A DNA stretch of 64,000 nt. Origin: Acidimicrobiia bacterium. Its GTDB lineage: Bacteria; Actinomycetota; Acidimicrobiia; IMCC26256; PALSA-555. The stretch lies in contig JAWOIO010000192.1 of assembly GCA_046484625.1 (NCBI GenBank), positions 1,979 to 65,978 of the forward strand, read 5' to 3'. Positions 40,467 to 48,500 of this stretch are shown one piece after another (the first letter of the stretch is position 1; each line of letters starts with the position of its first letter). The position numbers and the translations under genes are program-made. The notes beneath the pieces were generated by a model. The model saw only the letters and a list, made by a program, of their open reading frames with translations. It was not told the DNA's origin and searched no databases.

Positions 40467-41126
40467 TCAGGGCTGGAGGCCGTCGGCGAGGTGCTCGGCC
40501 ATGGCCCAGCCGTAGCAGATCATCGCCTCGCCCTTGGCGGGCTCGATCGCGCCCACGAAGTCGGCGGCGGCCTTGCCCCCGAGCTTCACGTGCCTGGTGT
40601 CGAACACCGGCTCGGTCGCCTTGCCCTTCTTCACCTTGAACGAGTGGTCGTCGTAGCGCGCGTCGCAGCCGAAGCGGCGGGCGAGGCGACGGCCCCAGGC
40701 GCGCTCTTCGCCGTTGGGGTCGTACTTGGGGCGGGGACAGGCATCGTCGAGCACCCCGAACTGGGAATAGGCCGCGGGGTGGGCGATCCGACCTGCCACC
40801 AGGACGTCCTCGTCCGGGAACGAGATCGCGGCCCGCCGGTAGAGCTCGCCCACGAGGCCCTCGAGGGTCACTCGCGCGGTGCGGGCCTTGCGGACCCCAC
40901 CGAGCCCCCAGAGGATGCAGGGCGTCCCACCGATGCGCTCCAACGAACCGAACAGGAACCCCTGGAGCTCTTCGTCGACGGAGGCGATCGTCACGAGTGG
41001 GAACTGCTCGACTGCGGCGTCGAGGTGCTCGTCGGCGAGTGGGAGCCCGATCGTCTGGACGAACTGGCCGAACTCATCGAGCTCGGCGGGCTTCAGGGAG
41101 ACTGAATCACGCGATTCAACTGCCAT
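40467..41126 (-). CDS. Hypothetical protein (219 aa), no recognisable motif
   Basis: Balanced amino-acid composition, clear ORF, flanked by a terminator hairpin. Function not assignable by eye. Confidence 0.55.
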   Translation of the reverse strand: MAVESRDSVSLKPAELDEFGQFVQTIGLPLADEHLDAAVEQFPLVTIASVDEELQGFLFGSLERIGGTPCILWGLGGVRKARTARVTLEGLVGELYRRAAISFPDEDVLVAGRIAHPAAYSQFGVLDDACPRPKYDPNGEERAWGRRLARRFGCDARYDDHSFKVKKGKATEPVFDTRHVKLGGKAAADFVGAIEPAKGEAMICYGWAMAEHLADGLQP

Positions 41127-41182
41127 CAGGTCTCCATTGTGGCCGATGGGGTCCGCGAGAGGCCAGTCGGTAGGATCGCGGC

Positions 41183-41737
41183 GTGCGCCGCTCTCTGCTC
41201 GTGTTCATCGCCGCGTCCAGCGTGCTCGCTGCCGCGTGCAGCGGTGCGACGGGCACCGGTGGTGGTTCCGACACCGGCGAGGGGCGCTCCGACGCCCCTG
41301 AGGCTGCCCCCGCACCGGCCGCGAACGAGGCCACGACGCTCGACTTCACCGCACCCGCCGTCGACGGGGGCACCGTCCGTGGCGCGGACTACGCCGGCGA
41401 CGCCCTCGCGATCTGGTTCTGGGCGCCCTGGTGAAGCACGTGCAACCGGGAGGCCCCCGGGGTCGCGCAGGTGGCGCGGCAGTTCCAGGACCGAGTGGCG
41501 ATCATCGGCTTCGCGGGCCGTGACGACCTCGAACCGATGCGTGCGTTCGTCGACCGCTACGACTTCGGGTTCGTCCCACACGCCGTCGACGCCGACGGGA
41601 GCCTCTGGTCGGCGTTCGGTGTCCGGGGCCAACCCGCCTGGGTCTTCGTCGGGGCCGACGGCTCCCGAGAGGTCGTCTACGGGGCGGTCACCGAGGAGGA
41701 CCTCATCCGCCGGCTCGAGGCGCTCGAGGCCGCCTGA
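41183..41737 (+). CDS. TlpA/ResA-like thioredoxin-fold lipoprotein interrupted by in-frame TGA at the first Cys of CxxC (candidate UxxC selenoprotein, or nonsense pseudogene)
   Basis: Track ORFs 41183..41434 and 41471..41737 share a frame. Lipobox LAAC. FWAPW-TGA-STC-NREAP, then GVRGQPAWVFV (cis-Pro region). Fold signature is intact on both sides of the TGA. Confidence 0.6.
41446..41478 (+). promoter_or_regulatory. Two adjacent GC hairpins 11 and 29 nt downstream of the in-frame UGA (candidate bacterial SECIS)
   Basis: CCGGG-AGGCC-CCCGG (41446..41460) and CGCGC-AGGTG-GCGCG (41464..41478). G-rich apical loops. Confidence 0.3.
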
Positions 41738-41738
41738 G

Positions 41739-42551
41739 TCACTCGACCACGGTCCGCTCCAGCGAGGGGTCCGCGGGCGGGATCCGGGGATCGATGGCCG
41801 TCAGGGTCTCCACGAGCAGGGTCTCCACGGCGACGTCGCGGACCCACTTCCGGTCGGCCGGCACCACGTACCATGGCGCCTCCCCCGTCGAGGTCTCGGT
41901 GATGACCTCCTCGTAGAGGTCCTGGTACTCGTCCCACTGCTTGCGGACGTCGAGGTCCGCCGCCTTGAACTTCCAGTTCTTCACCGGGTCGTCGACGCGC
42001 TCCTGGAGGCGCACGCGCTGCTCGTCCTTGGAGATGTGGAGGAAGACCTTCACGACGGTCGTCCCCTCCTCGGTGAGCATGCGCTCGAACTCACGCAGGT
42101 GGCGGTAGCGCTGCCGGCAGCGGTCTCGGTCGACCACGCCGATCATGCGGGCGGCAAGCACATCCTCGTAGTGCGACCGGTTGAACACCCCGAGCATCCC
42201 GCGCGGCGGGCACTCGGCGTGGACACGCCAGAGGTAGTCCTGGGCCCGCTCGGTCTCGGTCGGCGCCTTGAAGCTGGCGACGCGACACCCCTGGGGGTTC
42301 AACCCGGACAGCACCCGGCGGATCGTGCCGTCCTTGCCCGCGGTGTCCATCCCCTGGAGGACGAGGAGCACGGAGCGCTTCCCCTCGGCCCAGAGCAGTT
42401 CGTGCAGCTCCTCCAGCTCCTCACCGAGACCGTCGCGCCGCGCGGCAGCCTCCGCCTTGTCCTCCAGCCCGAGCTTGTCGCGCGCGTTGCGGGAGGCCAG
42501 CCCCGCGGCGACCCCGGGCTTGACCCGCATCGCGTCGACCATCTCGTCCAT
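41739..42551 (-). CDS. ppk2: Polyphosphate kinase 2 (PPK2) family
   Basis: Internal ATG (MDEMVDAMRV...). LVLQGMDTAGKDG Walker A, FNRSHYEDVL, ISK.EQ..R...R..DP.K.WKF, W.Y.VPAD.KW. Confidence 0.9.
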   Translation of the reverse strand: MDEMVDAMRVKPGVAAGLASRNARDKLGLEDKAEAAARRDGLGEELEELHELLWAEGKRSVLLVLQGMDTAGKDGTIRRVLSGLNPQGCRVASFKAPTETERAQDYLWRVHAECPPRGMLGVFNRSHYEDVLAARMIGVVDRDRCRQRYRHLREFERMLTEEGTTVVKVFLHISKDEQRVRLQERVDDPVKNWKFKAADLDVRKQWDEYQDLYEEVITETSTGEAPWYVVPADRKWVRDVAVETLLVETLTAIDPRIPPADPSLERTVVE

Positions 42552-42614
42552 CGGGGGCGCTCCCTCTCCGTCGACTCGGCAACCGTCTCGGCGAGCGACG
42601 CTAGCGTCACGGCC

Positions 42615-42854
42615 GTGGCGCCCGACGTGAACCTGCTCGACGGCGGTGCGGAGACCACCCGCACGGTGATCGGGTTCGGCACGCACTTCTGCCTTGGTGC
42701 GTCGCTTGCGCGGCTCGAGATCCGGGTGATGTTCGAGGAGCTGCTCCGCCGCGTCCCCGACATGGAGGTTGCGCCAGGTGCCGAGCCGACGAAGGTGCCG
42801 TCGGTGTTCGCGTGTGCCTACGACGCGATCCCGGTGCAGTTCACGCCTTGCTGA
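42615..42854 (+). pseudogene. Cytochrome P450 remnant (I-helix fragment fused to heme-binding loop and C-terminus)
   Basis: LLDGGAETTRTVI (I-helix-like) is followed directly by GFGTHFCLGASLARLEIRVMFEELLRRVP...VQFTP. About 80 aa in total. Compare the intact P450 at 44117..45394. Confidence 0.6.
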
Positions 42855-43158
42855 AGCGGTCCGAGGCGCGCTCGTAGCACCAGATCGCGGCCGCGAGCAG
42901 CGCGAGCCCGACCAGGATCACGATGATCGCTGCGAGCCCGCCACCGATCCCCCACGACGAGCGGGCGGAGTCGGCAAGGCAGGTACCTCCTTGCTTCCCG
43001 ATGAGCGGTCCGAACGCACGGAGCGCGATGGTCTCGCAGTCGGAGGAGATCGTCCCGACGAGGATCGATATCCCCGACCAGGCCCAGAGGAGTCCGGTGA
43101 TCGTCAGCCAGGCGATGCCGACCCCGACGGCCACCCGAGTCAGCCAGCCCTCCCGCAC
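42841..43158 (-). CDS. Small membrane protein (3 TM)
   Basis: 105 aa with hydrophobic helices. Last gene downstream of the P450 and SGNH genes on the same strand. Confidence 0.5.
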   Translation of the reverse strand: MREGWLTRVAVGVGIAWLTITGLLWAWSGISILVGTISSDCETIALRAFGPLIGKQGGTCLADSARSSWGIGGGLAAIIVILVGLALLAAAIWCYERASDRFSKA

Positions 43159-43244
43159 GAGCGCTCCGATCCCTGGACGTCCTGTTGTTGCTGCGAGGCA
43201 CGCTATCGACGGTCGCCCTCACCTGTCGAGGGCCGGCGTCGAGA

Positions 43245-44120
43245 TCACGAGAGCCGGTTGGCGGCGGTGACGACCGCGTCGAGGAGCTCCGGGGTCACGA
43301 GTGCGGCACCCTCGGGTGAGAAGTGTCCACCGTCTCTCGGGCGGAGCTCGACGTCGCCGATGACCGTCGGGCACGACCCGCCGGGACAGACGATCGACGA
43401 GAGTCGGACCACGGTCACCATGTCGGCGTGGCGCGCGGCGACCCGCGCCAGGAACCGCTCGTACTGGCGCACGTCCTGGGCGTACTGAAACCCTTCGGGG
43501 GTCAGCGCTTGGATCCAGTCGGCCGGCGGCGCATGGGCGACGACGACGACGCTCCGGACACCGGCCGACTCCAACGCATCGAGCGCACGCAACCACAGGT
43601 CGAAGGTGGCGGCCTCCCATTCCGGTGTCCCGAACGCGAGGTTCTCGTCGCCGAGGAGCAAGCCCGCGATCTCCCACGACGACAGGATCACCGCAACTTG
43701 CGCGTCGCCGAGCTCGTCATCGAGCACCCGCCGTTCGAGTGACTCGCAGTCCGTCGGTCCGATCACCGTCCCGTCAGGGGCTGTCGGTCGCCCCTCGAGG
43801 ACCCGGCAACCGATCTTGGGTGCGTTGACCCAGGAGAGGCCACGTGCCGACGCGAGCTCCGCCATCGGGTCCGCGAGGTTCGACGCGACGGAGTCGCCGG
43901 TGAACCAGTAGCGCTCGAACGGCGGGGGGAGCGGTGGGGGGAGCGTTGTCGTGGGAACGGTCACCGGCTGGAACGGGCGACGCGAGGCGCTCCGAGCGCT
44001 GTCACCGCCACCATCGACGGCCCACAGCCCCGCTCCCACCGCGAGGACGAGCAGCAGCAGGATGCCGGCGATCGCGACCGTGCGTCGGCGTCCCGCACGC
44101 CTGCGCGCGCGGCGGATCAC
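43245..44120 (-). CDS. Membrane-anchored SGNH/GDSL-type hydrolase domain protein
   Basis: N-terminal Arg-rich segment plus a TM anchor. WFTGDSVA (GDS block), C-terminal RPRDGGHF (DxxH block). Resembles the C-terminal domain of the OafA-like protein at 24474..26441. ATGA overlap with the P450. Confidence 0.7.
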   Translation of the reverse strand: MIRRARRRAGRRRTVAIAGILLLLVLAVGAGLWAVDGGGDSARSASRRPFQPVTVPTTTLPPPLPPPFERYWFTGDSVASNLADPMAELASARGLSWVNAPKIGCRVLEGRPTAPDGTVIGPTDCESLERRVLDDELGDAQVAVILSSWEIAGLLLGDENLAFGTPEWEAATFDLWLRALDALESAGVRSVVVVAHAPPADWIQALTPEGFQYAQDVRQYERFLARVAARHADMVTVVRLSSIVCPGGSCPTVIGDVELRPRDGGHFSPEGAALVTPELLDAVVTAANRLS

Positions 44121-45394
44121 CCTGTGCGTCGTGGAACGACCGGCGTGAACGTCGCGGGCATGCGCTTGATGCCGTTGATGAAGTTGGACTGGAGGTAGGC
44201 CGGCTCGCCGCTGATCTGGAGGTCGGGCAGCCGGGTGAGCAGCTCCTCGAACATGACCTTGATCTCGCGCCGGGCGAGGTGGGCGCCGAGGCAGAAGTGC
44301 GGGCCACCGCCCCCGAAGCCGAGGTGCTCGTTGGGGTCACGACGCAGGTCGAAGGCGTAGGGGTCGTCGAACACGCGCGGGTCGCGGTTTGCCGTCCCGT
44401 ACCAGATCGCGACCTTCTCGCCTTCCTTGATCGTCTGGCCGTTGATCTCGGTCTCGGCGGTCGCGCACGTCCGCCGGAAGTGGATCACCGGGGTGGACCA
44501 GCGGATGATCTCCTCGACCGCGGTGGGCGCGAGGCCCTCGAAGTCCTCGAGCCACGAGGCGCGCTGGTCGGGATGGTTCGTGAGCGCCAGCATCCCGTGG
44601 CTGATCGCGTTGCGGGTGGTCTCGTTCCCCGCGACCACGAGCAGGACGAAGAACGAGCCGAACTCCTCCGGGGTGAGGCTGTGCCCTTCGACCTCGGCCT
44701 GCGCGATCTTCGTGGTGATGTCGTCGCGCGGGTTCTTCAGCCGATCGGCCCGCAGCTCCTGGGCGTAGCGCCACAGCTCCTGGGACGCGGCGAACGCCGC
44801 TGCGATGTCGCCGCCGTAGTCGGGGTCGGCGGCGCCGAGCACGATGTTCGTGTTGTCGTAGATGTAGCGGTAGTCGGACTCGGGGATCCCCATCATGTCG
44901 CAGATGATCTGCAGTGGCAGGGCCGCCGCGACCTCGTCGACGAAGTCGCACTCGCCCTTCTCGGCGATCGCGTCGACGATGGCGCGGGCACGCTCGTGGA
45001 CGCCCGCCTCGAGCGACGCGACCTGGCTCGGGGTGAAGCCACGGTTGACGATCAGGCGGAACCGCGTGTGGCGGGGCGGGTCCATGTTGATCATCGACCC
45101 GAGGTACTCGTAGACCTCCGGGGGGAAGTCGGGGATGTTCGTGCCCTTGCCCGAGATGAACAGGTCGGGGTGGCGGCTCACGTGCTGCACGTCGGCGTGG
45201 CGCGTGACCATCCAGTACCCGGGGCCCGGCACGATCCCCGCGATCTCGGGCTCGGTGTGCCAGGAGACCGGGCGCTCCTCCTGGAGCTTGGCGAGCATCC
45301 CCGGGATGTCGTCCCGGGACCAGAGCGCCATGTTGCCGAAGTCGATGTCGTCGACCGCGAGGTCCGTGGTGGGTGTCGTGGCCATCGGCGACAC
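44117..45394 (-). CDS. Cytochrome P450 (CYP124/125/142-like architecture)
   Basis: AGNETT I-helix, EEIIRW (ExxR), FGGGGPHFCLGAHLAR heme-Cys loop. GTG start. 425 aa. Confidence 0.9.
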   Translation of the reverse strand: MSPMATTPTTDLAVDDIDFGNMALWSRDDIPGMLAKLQEERPVSWHTEPEIAGIVPGPGYWMVTRHADVQHVSRHPDLFISGKGTNIPDFPPEVYEYLGSMINMDPPRHTRFRLIVNRGFTPSQVASLEAGVHERARAIVDAIAEKGECDFVDEVAAALPLQIICDMMGIPESDYRYIYDNTNIVLGAADPDYGGDIAAAFAASQELWRYAQELRADRLKNPRDDITTKIAQAEVEGHSLTPEEFGSFFVLLVVAGNETTRNAISHGMLALTNHPDQRASWLEDFEGLAPTAVEEIIRWSTPVIHFRRTCATAETEINGQTIKEGEKVAIWYGTANRDPRVFDDPYAFDLRRDPNEHLGFGGGGPHFCLGAHLARREIKVMFEELLTRLPDLQISGEPAYLQSNFINGIKRMPATFTPVVPRRTG

Positions 45395-45435
45395 TCTAGA
45401 GATCGTCAGCGCCCCGCGGGGCGGTTCCTGCGAAC

Positions 45436-45513
45436 TTCTCGTGACCGATTCGGCCCCCGTGTGGGTTCTGGTGACCAGATCGGCCGCGTCGAGGGCCTAT
45501 CACGTCACCAGAA
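45436..45513. promoter_or_regulatory. Three copies of a 20-bp motif (two direct at 30-bp spacing, one inverted) in the P450/lhr divergent intergenic region
   Basis: TTCTCGTGACCGATTCGGCC (45436), TTCTGGTGACCAGATCGGCC (45466), and GGCCTATCACGTCACCAGAA (45494), whose reverse complement matches copy 2 at 17 of 20 positions. Copy 2 contains the palindrome TCTGGT-G-ACCAGA. Confidence 0.45.
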
Positions 45514-45559
45514 CGGGTTGGCCGTCGAAGGTGTCGTACCCAGGGGCCAGAATGGGCCG

Positions 45560-48500
45560 GTGACCTCGCTCGGGACCCGGCCCCCCGCCGCCGGCCAGCT
45601 CCGACTCGGCGACCCCCGCGCGGACCAGGATCTCGAGCCCGACGTCCCGGACGCCGGCTTCCACCCCGCCGTCGCCGAGTGGTTCCGGCGCCGCTTCCCC
45701 GACGGTCCCACCGAGCCCCAGGAGCGGGGCTGGCCCCACATCGCGGCCGGCACCGACACGCTCATCGCGGCGCCCACCGGGTCCGGGAAGACACTGGCCG
45801 GGTTCCTCGTGTGCATCGATCGCCTGTACCGGGCGCATACCCGAGGCGAGGAGGTCGCCGACGTCGCCCGGGTGGTCTACGTCTCACCGCTGAAGGCGTT
45901 GGCCGTCGACATCGCCGAGAACCTCACCGGTCCCTTGCGCGAGATCGCCGAGATCGCCGCCGAGCTCGGAGTCGACGCGCCCGACGTGCGAGTCGCGGTG
46001 CGCACCGGGGACACCCCGGCGTCGCAACGGGCCGGGATGCTGCGCCACCCCCCGAGCTTCGTCGTCACCACTCCGGAGTCGCTGTACCTGCTCGTCACGA
46101 GCGCGAAGAGCCGTGAGATGCTGCGCACCGTCGACACGGTCATCGTCGACGAGATCCACGCCGTCGCCCGCGACAAGCGCGGCGCGCACCTCGCGCTCAC
46201 CCTCGAACGGCTCGAGGCCCTCTGCGACGTGCGTCCGGTCCGCGTGGGCCTGTCCGCGACCCAGCGCCCGATCGAGACCGTGGCCCGCCTGCTCGTCGGC
46301 GCGCGCCCGCTCCCGGCGATCGTCGACGCCGGGCACCTGCGCGACCTCGACGTGGCGATCGAGCTCCCCGACGGCGAGCTCGAGGCCGTGATCTCGGCCG
46401 AGCAGATGGCCGATGTCCTCGACCGCATCGCCGCCCTCGTCGGCGAGCACCACACCACGCTCGTCTTCGTCAACACCCGCCGGATGGCCGAGCGCATCGC
46501 GCACCAGCTCGGCGAGCGGATCGGCGACGACGTCGTTGCTGCGCACCACGGCAGCCTCTCGAAGGAGCGCCGCCACCGGATCGAGGGGCGCCTCCGTGCC
46601 GGCGACCTCAAGGCCCTCGTCGCGACCGCGTCCCTCGAGCTGGGCATCGACATCGGCCCGGTGGAGCTCGTCTGCCAGATCGGCTCGCCGCGCAGCATCG
46701 CCACGTTCCTGCAGCGGGTGGGCCGGTCGAACCACAGCCGGGCCGGCACCCCGAAGGGCCGCCTCTACCCCCTCACGCGCGACGAGCTCGTCGAGTGCAC
46801 TGCCCTGCTCGCGGCCGTCCACGCGGGACGTCTCGACGCGATCGTGCCGTCGCGCGAACCGCTCGACATCGCGGTCCAGCACGTCGTCGCCGAGGCGGCC
46901 GCCCGCGAGTGGCGCACCGACGACCTCTTCGCACTCGTCCGCCGGGCCGCGCCCTACACCGAGCTCACGCGAGAGCGCTTCGACGAGATCATCGACCTGG
47001 CTTCGAACGGCATCCAGACCGGCCGGGGCCGCCGCGGTGCGTACGTCTTCCACGACGCGGTGAACGGCGAGGTCCGGGGGCGCAAGAGCGCCCGCATCGC
47101 GGCCACCACCTCCGGGGGCGCGATCCCCGAGACCGGCGACTACCGGGTCGTCATGGAGCCCGACGACACGTTCATCGGCACCGTGAACGAGGACTGGGCC
47201 GTCGAGTCGATGGCCGGCGACATCTTCCTCCTCGGCACCCACTCCTGGCAGATCCGACGCGTCGAGGCCGGCGTGGTCCGGGTGCGCGACGCCGGCACGG
47301 CCGCGCCCACGATCCCGTTCTGGATGGGCGAGGCACCCGCCCGCACCGCCGAGCTCTCGGCCGAGGTCTCCGAGCTGCGTCGCCGGGTCGACGAGATGCT
47401 CGACGCGAACGACCCGGACGGCGCCCGCGCCTGGCTCCGCGAGTCGGCAGGCGTCAGCGCCGACGCCGCCGCGATGATCGTCGACTACCTCGCGGTCTCC
47501 CGTGCCGCGCTCGGCGCCATGCCCACCCAGGACCGCATCGTCCTCGAGCGGTTCTTCGACGAGACCGGTGGGATGCAGCTCGTGATCCACTCCCCCTACG
47601 GAGGACGGATCAACCGTGCCCTGGGGCTCGCGCTGCGCAAGAAGTTCTGTCGCACCTTCAACTTCGAGCTCCAGGCCGCGGCGAGCGACGACGCGATCGT
47701 GCTCTCGCTCGGCCCCCACCACAGCTTCCCGCTGGAGGAAGTCCCTCGCTACGTCACCAGCGCCGGGGTCGAGGAGACGCTGCGCCAGGCGATCCTCGAC
47801 TCGCCGATGTTCCTCTCACGCTGGCGTTGGAACCTCAACCGCTCGCTCGTGGTGCTCCGGTTCCGCAACGGTCGACGGAACCCGCCGCCGATCCAGCGGA
47901 TGGAGTCGGACGATCTCATGGCCGCGGTGTTCCCGCAAGCGGCGGCCTGCCAGGAGAACATCACCGGCCCGATCGAGATCCCCGATCACCTCCTGGTGCG
48001 CCAGACCATCGCCGACACCCTCCACGAGGCGCTCGACGTCGACGGCGTCCGCGATCTGCTCGTGGGCCTCGAGTCCGGGGCCGTCGCGACGCACTGCGTC
48101 GACACGACCGAGCCATCGGTGCTCGCCCACGAGATCCTCACCGCTCGGCCGTACGCGTTCCTCGACGACGAGGAGCTCCAGAACCGCCGGACCAACGCGG
48201 TCACGCTGCGTCGCGGGCTCTCGGTCGATCTCGCCTCGATCGGGGTGCTCGACCCCGAGGCCGTCGACCGGGTGCACGCCGAGATCACGCCCGAGCCCGC
48301 GACCGCCGACGACCTCCACGACCTCGTGGCGTCCCTCGTCTGTACGCCGGCGCGACCCGAGTGGGCCGCGCTGTGGTCCGAGCTCGTCGAGCGCGGCCGG
48401 GGCCAGGTGCTCGACGTCGACCGCGCCCGCCGATGGTGCACCACCGAGCAGGTCGACGCGGCCCGAGGGGCGCTCGCCGGAGACGACGACGCGCTCATCC

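Noticed and set aside
45431-45446. Possible LexA SOS box or PafBC (RecA-independent) promoter motif upstream of lhr, since mycobacterial lhr is induced by DNA damage.
   Set aside because: Only a CGAAC half-site is present, with no GTTCG partner at the N4 spacing. TTCTGGTG does not match TGTCRGTG well, and no TAnnnT follows at the right distance. I report the region only as an unassigned repeated motif.
43934-45559. 542-codon 5' extension of the Lhr ORF (track ORF 43934..49816).
   Set aside because: The extension lies antisense to the intact P450 gene and its SGNH neighbour and is Arg/Gly/Asp/Val-rich with no helicase motifs. Lhr homology starts just after the GTG at 45560.
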